Assembly: GCA_963977015.1 (NCBI GenBank)
Contig: CAXBMO010000017.1
Span: 64,001 to 128,000 of the forward strand
From: an uncultured bacterium
GTDB taxonomy: Bacteria > Verrucomicrobiota > Verrucomicrobiia > Verrucomicrobiales > DEV007
Reading direction: 5' to 3'
DNA length: 64,000 nucleotides
Below, one piece after another: positions 27,461 through 37,674 of the stretch; positions within the stretch are counted from its first letter, which is position 1, and each line of letters opens with the position of its first letter. Position numbers and translations under genes: made by a program. The notes beneath the pieces are model-generated. The model was given only the letters and a program-made list of their open reading frames with translations. It did not search any database and was not told the DNA's origin.

Positions 27461-28972
27461 TCATCCAAATGGCCACATTTTCTTCTTCACCACCACTTGC
27501 TTGCCGTTCAGCTCCTTCAGCACGTTGTTCAAATTGGTGATTCCTTCCGCCAGGTTCTTCACACTGCCGGAAATGTCTTCGTCCAACTTGGATTCGTAGC
27601 CTTTGGCGCGATCCTCGATCGCGGAAAGCTGCTTATCGACTGCTTCCGCCACCGTTTGGTAGTGCTCGGTCTGCTTGTCGTAGACCTCTTTCATGTTGCC
27701 ATGAATCTCACCGAATTTGCCAACCACATCCTTGTTGCTGGCCGAAATGGCCTCGCCAAGTGACTTCAACGCGGCCGAATCCGTGAACTGACCACCGGCA
27801 CCACCATCGTTGAGGCGCTTGATTAGGTTATCATTGCTGTATTCGTCTACCAGGTTCAGCACGTCTTCCTCAGTCGCCTGAAGAGAACTGGCCGGAATCA
27901 TCAGCAAGATACTGAAAACGAGGGCAAGGAACGTGGTATCGAACGCCGTTCCCAAACCGCCCAGAACAGTTTGCAGGCCACCCATCATCGCTTCGGGATC
28001 CGAGGCGTTGGCCAGGGTTTCCGCAAAGCTTCCGATGGCGCCACCGATACCGAGAACGGTTCCGATGAATCCCATGATCGGGATCGCCCACAGGAAAACC
28101 TTGGCCTGAGCGTAACTGCTGGCAATTGAGTTCGCGTCAATGTCCGACTGCGAAGACATCATCCCGGCAACCTCGCTGTTGCTCTCCCGAACGTAGAAAT
28201 ATTCCAACCCCTTGCGTAAGCGCTTGTGCATGAAGCTGTCATGCAATTTGCGGGGCAGATTGATCACATGGTCGTAGAAATCCGCCACATTGTACATGTT
28301 GATCTCAGGGCTGATATCCTGAGGCAAGGCATCGAGAAGCATGGCTCGGCGCTGCTTCTTAATATGAACCACTTTCAAAATCAGGATTCCCAATGTCCAT
28401 CCCGCCAATCCGGTGGTGACGAACTGGACCCAACTCCGCTCGATAAAGAGCTGGTAAAGGTAGTTCGCGGGTTTGTCAGGAGTGCTGGGACTGTCTGACA
28501 GAAAGATTGCCATCATGACCACCCCCGCGATTCCCAATCCGATGGCCAGCGACAACCAAAAGCTCACCTGGGCAATGTTCCCCAGGGTTCCGGTGTAGAA
28601 ATATTCGATGGGCCGGGGAGCTTCGTCAGAGATCTGGTGCTCCAGAGTCTGTTCGTGCGTTTGCTCTTCCTCCTCGGGTTCCGGAGCGGACTCCGTCGTG
28701 GGCGCAGGTGCCGAAGTGGCTCGGCCAATTCCCAAATTAGGCGGCGGAATGGCCGGCGAAGTATCCGGAGACGGGATGCTCGGCTTTGGAATCGATGGAG
28801 CGGGAGGCTCAGCAGCGCTGGGCGCGGGAGGAGCGGCCGCACTCGATGCGGGAGTCCCCGGTGCCTCCGGGATCTTGATCTTGGCACTACAGCCAGGACA
28901 CTTCACGGTTTTGCCGGCCGAATCCGCTTCGGCCTGCATTTGAACGCTACATTTTGGGCAGCTAAATCTCAC
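27461..28972 (-). CDS. MotA/TolQ/ExbB proton-channel protein with N-terminal zinc ribbon and Pro-rich linker
   Basis: CPKC-x16-CPGC, P/A-rich linker, four TMs including WAIPIMGFIGTVLGI and GLGTAFDTT, helical C-tail. Confidence 0.85.
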   Translation of the reverse strand: MRFSCPKCSVQMQAEADSAGKTVKCPGCSAKIKIPEAPGTPASSAAAPPAPSAAEPPAPSIPKPSIPSPDTSPAIPPPNLGIGRATSAPAPTTESAPEPEEEEQTHEQTLEHQISDEAPRPIEYFYTGTLGNIAQVSFWLSLAIGLGIAGVVMMAIFLSDSPSTPDKPANYLYQLFIERSWVQFVTTGLAGWTLGILILKVVHIKKQRRAMLLDALPQDISPEINMYNVADFYDHVINLPRKLHDSFMHKRLRKGLEYFYVRESNSEVAGMMSSQSDIDANSIASSYAQAKVFLWAIPIMGFIGTVLGIGGAIGSFAETLANASDPEAMMGGLQTVLGGLGTAFDTTFLALVFSILLMIPASSLQATEEDVLNLVDEYSNDNLIKRLNDGGAGGQFTDSAALKSLGEAISASNKDVVGKFGEIHGNMKEVYDKQTEHYQTVAEAVDKQLSAIEDRAKGYESKLDEDISGSVKNLAEGITNLNNVLKELNGKQVVVKKKMWPFG

Positions 28973-29175
28973 GGTTTAAGTAGTTGGTTTCGAGGGTTGA
29001 ATGGGAGCCTGCGTTTCCCCAGATTCGATTCTGGATGTATTTGGGACGTTTGAGGCGGAAAGACAAGCTTTTTCAGTCAGGAGCATGAAACTCACGACAG
29101 CATCGCCATCCTGGAAAATTGATTTCTTCCATCTCAATTTGGGTAATTGAGGGACGCCTGACCGTACAATCCTCT

Positions 29176-29679
29176 TCAACTCGCCAATTGATGCCGAATC
29201 GTTGAGGGGGCCAAGCCGAAATCGGCAGGAAGCTCCGTTCCCATTGATTGGCACATGATTCCGATGATCGCAAAGTGATGAACCATGTGGGAGACCAGAA
29301 ATTGCAATTCACGCCCCACGGTTGATTTCTTCCAATGCGTCTCATTTCCTCCGCAATCCGATTTCACGAGGATTTCCTGGCCTTCATCAATCGTTCCCTC
29401 CCCCAGAAGCAACAGATTGATCATCCGCTGAATCCGCAACCCCGCCGTCTCGGGATCCAATTCCGAAGGAACGCCTCTCTCACGTGCGTCATAATCCACT
29501 TTTCCTCCGGGAAGCCCCTCAACAAGACACTCAAAATGGTCGAGGCAATGGCGGATATGACCTCCCACCGTTCCTCCAAAACACGTTGCATGAGGCGATG
29601 TGTATTGAACCGTATCCAATCCAGAAACGAGATCGTACCCCTGTTGCAGATAGATACGGCAGGAATTGAGCAAAGTCAT
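29176..29679 (-). CDS. DinB-family metalloprotein
   Basis: VGGHIRHCLDHF, VDYDARER, RELQFLVSHMVHHFA, FGLAPST. Confidence 0.85.
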   Translation of the reverse strand: MTLLNSCRIYLQQGYDLVSGLDTVQYTSPHATCFGGTVGGHIRHCLDHFECLVEGLPGGKVDYDARERGVPSELDPETAGLRIQRMINLLLLGEGTIDEGQEILVKSDCGGNETHWKKSTVGRELQFLVSHMVHHFAIIGIMCQSMGTELPADFGLAPSTIRHQLAS

Positions 29680-29852
29680 TGCGAAGAAGGGGTTTGAACG
29701 CCCGTACGGACACTACCGACGAGATAACCTAACCCGTCTCCGCTCTTTTAGCGAGACTCGCTCAAAATGCAATGCCAATCTAGCAAACTTCCCAAGGGGA
29801 TCCGATCGGGAGAACTTCGGGAGGTATTTCCCAAACCTGGAGGGAAGCTCCG

Positions 29853-32822
29853 CTACTTCGCAGCAACGGTTTCCTCTTCCCACTCGCGATACATCCCCCG
29901 GTATTTATTCTCCAGTTCATCAACCCGGCGGGATTGCTGCTGGATCTCTCCTTCCTGGCGTTTCTTCAACTCCAACGCCTTCTTTAACTCGGCCTCTTTC
30001 TGAAGCTTCGCTTTTTCTCGATCGGAGATCATTTGGGGAGCTTTCGTCACCGTTTCGGTGGCCTGGGTCAGACGCTTGGTGGTTTCCTCAACCTTTTTGT
30101 AGGTGGCTGCGAGCACTTTCTCGAATTCCGGCGCCTTCGCATCTGGCTCTGCCAGGGACCGCGCCGCAACCAACTGCAGCGCGACTTCCACAACATCGTC
30201 AGATGCGGTGTCCAGCAGTTCGGTGGTTTCTGCAATGGTCTTTTGGGCGCCCTCCAAGGTTTTCTTTGCGTCTTCCACGGCCTTGGCGGCCGCCTCTTTT
30301 TGAGCGATGGCCTGCTGTGCCTGCCCTTCGACGCTCATCAGGCGTTCGTGATAATTTTCGAGTGTTTCCTGCTCTTTGTGGAGCACGACATTGACTTCTG
30401 CAGCAGCCCATTTGTCGACTTGATACTGCATGAACGCCAAATCAAACTTGGCCTGCTTTGCATCGTTCTGGGCCTTCGTCTGGGCCGCAACGAGTTGATT
30501 GTAGCGGTCGGTTGCCGCTTTGGCAGCCGCTTCTTTGGCCTTGATCGCCGCATCCGCACCGGCCAGAACCTTTTTCGCGTCTTCAATCCGCTTTTGAGCA
30601 TCGGCAACATTCTTCTTGGCTGCGTCGACCTTGGCTTTGATACCTACGAGTTCTTTCTTCACAACCTCGGCATCTTTTTCAGCCTGCGGCATCGCTTTCT
30701 TCTCAGCCTCATCGGCGACTTTCTTTTGCTCTCCAATGAGGAGTTGGGCCACTTTCAGTGATCTCTCTCCCTCAACGACCGAATTCTTGGCGTTCATGAG
30801 CCCGGCTTCGGCGTTTTTCAGCTTGTTTCCAATGTCCCGGCGCTTCGCGTCAGCCGCCTTCATCGCGCCATCCGCTTTGGCAAATGCGGCCTTTGCTTCG
30901 GACAGAGCTTTTTGAAAATCCTGATTTTCAGGAACTTGCTCAACCTGGAGCTGCAACCCTTTGACCCGGGCTTCAAGATCGACCCGATTCTTTACGGCCT
31001 GCTCATACTGCTGCTCGGCGACCGGAAGATCCTTACGACCCTGCGCGATCTGCGCGGTGAGTTGGCCCGCCAATTCCTTCTGCTTCGCAATTGCCGCCTC
31101 CTTGGCTTTGGCATCATTGGTCAACGCCGCCAATTTCTGATGTTCAGGCGTGTTTTTGGCGGAATTCAGTTTCGCCGCCACTTCAGCATTCTTTTTGTTA
31201 TACTCGCCCTCGGCGGCTTTCACGGCGTTGCCAAGGTCTGCCAGCGTCTTGCCGGCACCTTTGACAACTGAATCCGCATCTGCTTTTTGCTTTTTCACCG
31301 CCGCGACTTGTGAATTGGCATCATCGCGAGCCTTTTTTCCTGCATTGGCCGCATCCGCGGCTTTCTTGATCGCCGCCTCAAGCGCGGGCAAATTCTTGGT
31401 GATTTCAGCAACGCGAAGCTTCGAGTCCTCCATTTGCTGGGCAATGGTCGGCGGATTGCTGATCAACTCACCAATCAGTGTGCCATCCTCGGCGTTCCAA
31501 ACCTTGAGTTGACCGTTCCAGTCCCCGCTAATGACCTTCTTATTGTCAAAGGTGAAGACGACCGAGGTCACAACGTCCGTGAACTCCTTGATTTCGCGGA
31601 GAAGCTTTCCGTTCAGATCCCAGATTTTCACGCGGTTATCGCGGCCTGCTGTCGCGATTTTCGATCCATCGGGAGAGAAGTCGATCGCCAGGGCGCCACC
31701 ACCATGAGCGGCCCATTTCTTGATCTGCTTTCCATTCTGCATTTCCCACAAGGAAACGTTTCCATCTTCGCTCGACGCCCCGACAACGTTCGAATCACCT
31801 CGCCAGCTAATTCCGGTGATCGCCTGTTGGTGCTCTTTCAATTCGTAGAATTCCATTCCAGCCTCAGCTTCCCAAACATAGAGACCACCATTGCGTCCTC
31901 CCGTGGTCAGCAACACGCCATCAGGACTGTATTCTGCTTCCATCAACCAATCCGGATGCTTCTTGATGGAGTGAAGCTGCTCGCCCGTCGTGGTATCGAA
32001 GATTTTGATATTCCGACCGGGGCCACCCAGCGTTACGAACTTGTGATTCGGACTGATATCAGCCGCCAGCGCGGTATCGAATTCGCGCCCGACTTCAACG
32101 ACCCGATCTCCGGTTTCGACATCCCAAGCGACCGCTTTCCCTGATTTGCCACCTCGTCCCCCGCCGGCAATCAGCAATGACCCATTGGCGCTGAAGGAAA
32201 CCGTCTCCGGAAATCCTTCTTCGAACGGCAAGATTCCCAGGAGCTCGAGGCTGTCGGAGTTGTAAAGAATGACCTGCTTTTGCCCACCAATCGCAACCAA
32301 AGGCGCCCACGGGCTTGCCGCAATCGCCGTCACGGCATTTCCTCGCGGAGTCACGACCGTCGGCTCCAGAAGGAGATGCTCCGGCATGGCCGGATCTTCG
32401 GGTTTTCCACCCACTTCAACGGTTGACGCAATCGTTGGGGCGCTCGATTTTTTGGCCTTGCTGTTCGTGGTCTCAAGCAGTCCGCCCTCAATCCACTTTT
32501 TCATCATCGCGAGATGTTTGTCCTCCGATCTGGGCTTGTTCGGTGGCATCTTCGGCTCATCGGTGTGCGCAGTCAGGGTGTAGAGTCGGCTACTGTCGGG
32601 GTTGCCTGCCTGCACAACTTCTCCTCCTGATCCGCCCGCCATCATGGCTCCATAACTCGTCAAATCCAAACCTCCCTTGGCCTCGTCCGGATTGTGACAG
32701 TTCAAACAAGCACTTTCCAGGAAGGGCATGACGTGATCCACATAGGTGATCTTTTCCTGGGCGTTGGCGCTCCCCAACGCAATCGATAGGGCAAATAGAA
32801 TGAGCGATGTGTGTTTTTTCAT
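29853..32822 (-). CDS. Exported planctomycete-type cytochrome c + WD40 propeller + long coiled-coil protein
   Basis: Signal peptide ANA|Q; CLNCH...KGGLDL...KMPP...KWIEGG; about 7 WD repeats; about 500 aa A/K/E/Q-rich coil. Confidence 0.88.
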   Translation of the reverse strand: MKKHTSLILFALSIALGSANAQEKITYVDHVMPFLESACLNCHNPDEAKGGLDLTSYGAMMAGGSGGEVVQAGNPDSSRLYTLTAHTDEPKMPPNKPRSEDKHLAMMKKWIEGGLLETTNSKAKKSSAPTIASTVEVGGKPEDPAMPEHLLLEPTVVTPRGNAVTAIAASPWAPLVAIGGQKQVILYNSDSLELLGILPFEEGFPETVSFSANGSLLIAGGGRGGKSGKAVAWDVETGDRVVEVGREFDTALAADISPNHKFVTLGGPGRNIKIFDTTTGEQLHSIKKHPDWLMEAEYSPDGVLLTTGGRNGGLYVWEAEAGMEFYELKEHQQAITGISWRGDSNVVGASSEDGNVSLWEMQNGKQIKKWAAHGGGALAIDFSPDGSKIATAGRDNRVKIWDLNGKLLREIKEFTDVVTSVVFTFDNKKVISGDWNGQLKVWNAEDGTLIGELISNPPTIAQQMEDSKLRVAEITKNLPALEAAIKKAADAANAGKKARDDANSQVAAVKKQKADADSVVKGAGKTLADLGNAVKAAEGEYNKKNAEVAAKLNSAKNTPEHQKLAALTNDAKAKEAAIAKQKELAGQLTAQIAQGRKDLPVAEQQYEQAVKNRVDLEARVKGLQLQVEQVPENQDFQKALSEAKAAFAKADGAMKAADAKRRDIGNKLKNAEAGLMNAKNSVVEGERSLKVAQLLIGEQKKVADEAEKKAMPQAEKDAEVVKKELVGIKAKVDAAKKNVADAQKRIEDAKKVLAGADAAIKAKEAAAKAATDRYNQLVAAQTKAQNDAKQAKFDLAFMQYQVDKWAAAEVNVVLHKEQETLENYHERLMSVEGQAQQAIAQKEAAAKAVEDAKKTLEGAQKTIAETTELLDTASDDVVEVALQLVAARSLAEPDAKAPEFEKVLAATYKKVEETTKRLTQATETVTKAPQMISDREKAKLQKEAELKKALELKKRQEGEIQQQSRRVDELENKYRGMYREWEEETVAAK

Positions 32823-33035
32823 GACTTGACCAGCTTTCAGGGCTTTGCGAAAAATTAGAGGCAGTTAACAGTTAATTTTTCTGAATTTACAGTAATTCCA
32901 CAATTTCTGCAGGTTTCCTGCCGCCGCAGGACTGAGTTAGTATCTTTGCGGGTTGGTTCGTTCAATTCAAGTACCGTTCGATTTTCCTGAAAAATCGCAC
33001 CCCAGATACACGTCCCAAACCAGCCTCCTGTTGCA

Positions 33036-33653
33036 ATGTGTTGCCATTTAGGACATTTATCCAACGTGCGGCCCCCAGATTCACCAATTCCCGAACCCGA
33101 TCAACTGCTCCTCGCGGCCCAGCAAGCGTCCATCAAATTCAACGTCGAGGACTATTGGCAGACCATTCTTGTCCTGCGACAGAAGCACTATTCGTGGCGA
33201 GATATCGCAGCTTGGTTCAAGCGGGAGGGCCTTCCTTGTGACCACACGAGGATTTATCGGTTTGGCCAGAAATGTGTCGCGCTGCAAGTGGCGACCATTC
33301 CCGAAGAAGAGCGCCCTTTCGCCGTTGCCGACATGCTTGGAGAAACGATTCAAGAACTGACGGATCTTGGGAATCTTCCTGAAATGATCCGTGAAGTTGA
33401 CCTCTCAGACGCTGGTGTCGATGAATACGAAGTCCCCACCGTCGAAGTCGATCCCTCACAAGGGCTGGTAATTTCCATTCGATTTACCATCACCAGCGCG
33501 CACGCCACAGGCGAAGACTACCAGGGCCCAAGAATCCGCGGAACCGCGACCGGAATCCTCCGTCCCGACAACTCGGTGGAATATGGCAACATTGCCGCAA
33601 CCGCGGAGGAACCTGAAAAGCCCAAGGTTTTGGGCCGCTGGTTAAGCAACTAG
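33036..33653 (+). CDS. Hypothetical two-domain protein (HTH-like N-terminus, acidic beta-rich C-terminus); start uncertain
   Basis: ILVLRQKHYSWRDIAAWF...HTRIYRF is HTH-like; the ORF fills the gap upstream of lhr on the same strand. Confidence 0.6.
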   Translation: MCCHLGHLSNVRPPDSPIPEPDQLLLAAQQASIKFNVEDYWQTILVLRQKHYSWRDIAAWFKREGLPCDHTRIYRFGQKCVALQVATIPEEERPFAVADMLGETIQELTDLGNLPEMIREVDLSDAGVDEYEVPTVEVDPSQGLVISIRFTITSAHATGEDYQGPRIRGTATGILRPDNSVEYGNIAATAEEPEKPKVLGRWLSN

Positions 33654-33714
33654 CCGTCCCGCTCAGGAGACATTTACGGTCGACCAATCGTAGCGTAGGT
33701 AGTTCCGCCGAATC

Positions 33715-36246
33715 ATGGCCGACTTCCTTCATCCCCGTGTCGCAAAATGGGTCGAATCGCAATTTGGCGAGCTGACACCGGCCCAAGAGCAGTGCGTTCC
33801 GAAAATCATCCAAGGGGAATCGACGCTTCTTTCCTCCCCTACCGGAACCGGAAAGACGCTGGCAGGTTTTTTGGGAGTTCTGGACCGGCTCTACCGCGAA
33901 CAGGCGGAACAGCGCCTGCGCGTAAACCAAATCCGCGCCGTCTATATTTCGCCGCTTCGCGCCCTGACCTATGACATTCGCAAAAACCTTCAGATCCCCC
34001 TTGAGGGACTGGATCTGACGGAAACGATTCGGGTCGCCTCCCGAACCGGCGACACGTCCCAGCACGAGCGCGCCAAACAACGGCGTCAGCCTCCCCACAT
34101 TTTTCTAACGACGCCGGAGAGCCTGGCCATCGTCCTTTGCCAGAAACCGTATCGCGAGGCGCTTCGCTTCTGCGAAACCGTGATTATTGATGAGCTGCAT
34201 GCGTTGGTTCCCAACAAACGCGGAAGCCACCTCATGCTGTCCCTCGAGCGACTCGAGGAGCTGACGGAAAAGCCGCTCTGTCGCGTCGGACTTTCGGCGA
34301 CCGTTGCGCCGCTGGAATTGGTCGGGGATTTTCTGACCGGCGGAAGAGGATGCCATCTGATCGAACCTGAGTTTGAGCGAAAGAGCCTCGTCGAAGTGCT
34401 GACTCCGTTGCGCAAAACGGCCTACCCTCCCAGCGGCTGGACGGGCTCCCGCGTGATTCGGGACATCGCGCAAATTGTGGAACGCAATCGCTCAACCATC
34501 ATTTTCTGCAACACGCGTTCCAGCACGGAAAACATCACGATGCGCCTCAAGCAGGTGCTGCCGCATTGCGCCCATCAAATCGAGACCCACCACTCGAGTC
34601 TGGATCGGGACATGAGGCTGGAAACCGAGGATCGGCTCAAAGATGGCGAGCTGCGCGCCGTCGTTTGTTCAACCAGCCTCGAACTGGGAATCGATATCGG
34701 CTCCATCGACACCGTCATCATGATGTCCACACCCAAAGGGGTTTCGCGGGCTCTGCAACGCATCGGCCGGAGCGGACATTCCATCAAGGAGATGAGTCAC
34801 GGCGTCCTCGTCGCAACCAACATCAACGACCTGATCGAATGCGTGGTTTGTGCCGAAATGGTGAAGCGGAAGAAGCTCGATCCGGTTTCGCCATTGGAGA
34901 GCGGGTATGACGTGATTGCCCAGCACATCGTCGGCATGGCGATGGGCGACGGCATCACGAAGGAGGATGCGTGGACCATGATCAAACGAAGTTGGCCCTA
35001 TCGAAACCTTGAACGCGCCGATTTCGAGCGAATCCTGCGTTACCTGGAAGGCGGGGGAGAAACGCTCGAGCAGCAATATCGCGACACGTTCGGCAAGATT
35101 GTCGAAAAAGACGGCGTTTTTGAGACTCCGAGTCGAAAGGTCGAACGCGATTACCTGGTCAACATCGGCACGATTGCCGCGGAAGGCATGGTCAGCGTAT
35201 TATTGGGCCGCAAGCGGCTTGGCGGAGTTGAAGAAGGTTTCGTAAAGGGACTCAAGATCGGGGACATTTTCGTGATTGCCGGTCGCACCGTCAGATTGGA
35301 GCAGACCGGCATCATGGAAATTCACGTCACCGCCGCAGATGGACGGCAACCGACGGTACCCACGTGGAACGCCAACAAAATGCCGCTGGCTTCCGGACTG
35401 GCGCACGAAGTCACCCGGTTTCGCAGCGCGATGCACGACCGATTGAAGTCGGCAGACAACGAAGACGCGATTCTGGATTGGCTGGTCGAAACCTGGAACA
35501 TCTCCACGCTGAACGCCGAAGCCGTTTTGGAGCATTTTCAGAATCAAAACAAACTTTCCGAGATCCCCAGAGAAGACTTCTTTCTCATCGAACAATTCGT
35601 TGATGCGCAAAAGGATCCGGATCGGGTTCACTTCTTCTTCCACTCGCTCATCGGCCGCGCCGCCAACGATGCCCTGTCCAGAATCGTCGCCTACCGGCTG
35701 AAAAAAGCCGCCGGAGGAAACGCCATGGTCACGATCGATGACTACGGTTTCCTCTTGAGCGTCCGCTCCTTCCAAACCCTGGAACTCGAAGCCTGGCGCG
35801 AACTCTTTCAGCCCGAAAACGCGGAAAAAGATCTTCGCGAAGCGCTGCAGACTTCGGAACTCGTGAAGTGGAATTTTCGCGGCGTCGCCCAGACCGGTCT
35901 CATGGTCCCGAGAAACATCCCGGGTCAGGAACGGCGCATCAAACAACTCCGCTGGAGTGCGGAAATCCTCTTTCGGGTCCTCCACGAGCACGAACCTGAA
36001 CACCCGCTGATTGAGCAAGCCGTCCAGGAAGCGCTACACACGTTTCTCGACACGAACCGCGCCTGTGAATTCCTCTCCCAAGCTCAGAAGTATACTTGGA
36101 AACAGATTGAAGTTCCGGCAGTGACTCCGTTCAGCTTCGGGATCCATGTCAGCGGCATTCGCGAAGGAATGATGTTGGAAGATCCGGATGAAGCGATCGA
36201 GCGCTTGTTCCATCAGATGAATCAGAAGATCTCTGAACTCAGCTGA
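33715..36246 (+). CDS. lhr: Lhr-family SF2 helicase (core-length)
   Basis: SPTGTGKT, YISPLRAL, RTGDT, TTPESL, IIDELH, GLSATV, TSLELGIDIG, LQRIGRSGH, NIGTI. Confidence 0.92.
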   Translation: MADFLHPRVAKWVESQFGELTPAQEQCVPKIIQGESTLLSSPTGTGKTLAGFLGVLDRLYREQAEQRLRVNQIRAVYISPLRALTYDIRKNLQIPLEGLDLTETIRVASRTGDTSQHERAKQRRQPPHIFLTTPESLAIVLCQKPYREALRFCETVIIDELHALVPNKRGSHLMLSLERLEELTEKPLCRVGLSATVAPLELVGDFLTGGRGCHLIEPEFERKSLVEVLTPLRKTAYPPSGWTGSRVIRDIAQIVERNRSTIIFCNTRSSTENITMRLKQVLPHCAHQIETHHSSLDRDMRLETEDRLKDGELRAVVCSTSLELGIDIGSIDTVIMMSTPKGVSRALQRIGRSGHSIKEMSHGVLVATNINDLIECVVCAEMVKRKKLDPVSPLESGYDVIAQHIVGMAMGDGITKEDAWTMIKRSWPYRNLERADFERILRYLEGGGETLEQQYRDTFGKIVEKDGVFETPSRKVERDYLVNIGTIAAEGMVSVLLGRKRLGGVEEGFVKGLKIGDIFVIAGRTVRLEQTGIMEIHVTAADGRQPTVPTWNANKMPLASGLAHEVTRFRSAMHDRLKSADNEDAILDWLVETWNISTLNAEAVLEHFQNQNKLSEIPREDFFLIEQFVDAQKDPDRVHFFFHSLIGRAANDALSRIVAYRLKKAAGGNAMVTIDDYGFLLSVRSFQTLELEAWRELFQPENAEKDLREALQTSELVKWNFRGVAQTGLMVPRNIPGQERRIKQLRWSAEILFRVLHEHEPEHPLIEQAVQEALHTFLDTNRACEFLSQAQKYTWKQIEVPAVTPFSFGIHVSGIREGMMLEDPDEAIERLFHQMNQKISELS

Positions 36247-36261
36247 TCGCGGAAAGACTCT

Positions 36262-37674
36262 CTAATATGCCCGGCTCGATGGCCAAACCGTCTCGCGAAG
36301 CGTCATCATAATGATCTTCAGATCCAGCCATGGCGTCCAGCTGCGGATGTATTCGATGTCCCAGCGCACACGATTCAAAAGGTCAGCAGGCTGCTTAATT
36401 TCCCCGCGGCAACCGTTCACTTGAGCCAGGCCAGTAATGCCAGGCTTCGTGAACTGTCGGACCGGGTAATTCTTGGCCACCTCCTTGAACGACTCATCGT
36501 GGCTGATGTAGTGAGGGCGAGGCCCTACCACACTCATGTGACCGAGCAGCACATTGATGAACTGTGGCAACTCATCGATGCTCACCTTGCGGAGAAAACC
36601 TCCACCAGGAAACAGTCGCACATCATTTTTGGTAGCCTGCACCCCATCCTGATCGTGAGCGACCGTCATCGTCCGGAACTTGAAGATTTGGAAACGCTTT
36701 CCATCCTTCCCGACGCGTTCCTGCCGATAGAACAACGGACCAGGAGAATACATGCGATGGATCGTAAAGACGAGCAGTGACGCGAGCGGCATCGTGACCG
36801 CCAAGGCGAACAAGCTCACGGCAATATCAAGCCCTCGCTTCAACAGCTGGTTGACCGGATCTTCCAACGGCTCTGGAATCGAAACGTAGAAATTGTTTCC
36901 ACCGAATTGGTAGAATGCATAGTTTTCGCCCAATCGGTCGCGAACCCCGTCTACGACCACAAAGCGGATGGAGCGATACTCGCAATACTTGGCCAGCGAA
37001 TCGAATACATCGTCAAACTCATGGTAATTGACGACTGCCAAGCCACTCACTTTGGCTTCGTCACAAATGGATTCGATATCTTCCAGGGAACCGAGGCATG
37101 GCACAACGCCGTCTTTGCTGGGTTCCCCATTCCCGATTTCGATGTAACCCGCCAAATCAATTCCCAGGAACTCTCCGTTGGCTACCCGCTGGGCGAAATT
37201 GTCAGCGTCCGCCTGGTTGGCGACCAACAAAATGGACTGCACCTCCTTGTTTGTTTTCGAGATGCAAAAGTTCGCGAGGTAGGGAAGAAACCGAAAGTTG
37301 GAAATTGCGATCAATCCTGAAAACAGAGCACCGAAGACGAGAAGGTAACTCCGGGAGAGCATCGTCTCCTTGAGCAGGAACATCGCTCCCAGCAATGCCA
37401 GGAATGGAAAAACGACCTGCCGGCGGCTCAGGACCGCCATCATGCGAGCAGGCATGCAGTAGACGTTTTGGAGCCGGATTGGTCGAGTCAGAAACTCAAC
37501 AACCATCACAGCTACAAAAAGCACCATGTAACTGAGGTATTTCGTGTACGCGAATCCTTCGTAATGAATCCACGGTCGCAAAATCGCGAAGGTGATCAGC
37601 ATAAGCGTCATCGCCATCATGATTTGCAGAATTACCAGCATTCTGGCGAGGCCCAAAGGTCGTTCCAACAACAT
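36262..37674 (-). CDS. Polyprenyl-phosphate sugar phosphotransferase (WcaJ-like priming glycosyltransferase)
   Basis: Four N-terminal TMs; KRGLDI, FKFRTM, LRKVSIDELPQF, MSVVGPRPH, KPGITGLAQVNG. Confidence 0.93.
   Translation of the reverse strand: MLLERPLGLARMLVILQIMMAMTLMLITFAILRPWIHYEGFAYTKYLSYMVLFVAVMVVEFLTRPIRLQNVYCMPARMMAVLSRRQVVFPFLALLGAMFLLKETMLSRSYLLVFGALFSGLIAISNFRFLPYLANFCISKTNKEVQSILLVANQADADNFAQRVANGEFLGIDLAGYIEIGNGEPSKDGVVPCLGSLEDIESICDEAKVSGLAVVNYHEFDDVFDSLAKYCEYRSIRFVVVDGVRDRLGENYAFYQFGGNNFYVSIPEPLEDPVNQLLKRGLDIAVSLFALAVTMPLASLLVFTIHRMYSPGPLFYRQERVGKDGKRFQIFKFRTMTVAHDQDGVQATKNDVRLFPGGGFLRKVSIDELPQFINVLLGHMSVVGPRPHYISHDESFKEVAKNYPVRQFTKPGITGLAQVNGCRGEIKQPADLLNRVRWDIEYIRSWTPWLDLKIIMMTLRETVWPSSRAY

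Noticed and set aside
25052-28972. Zorya, flagellar stator or Tol/Ton assignment
   Set aside because: No OmpA-like domain in either partner and no zorC/D/E, flagellar, tolA/B or tonB genes adjacent.
33698-33711. LexA-like site before lhr (AGTTC-CGCC-GAATC)
   Set aside because: Three mismatches to TGTTC-N4-GAACA; too weak.
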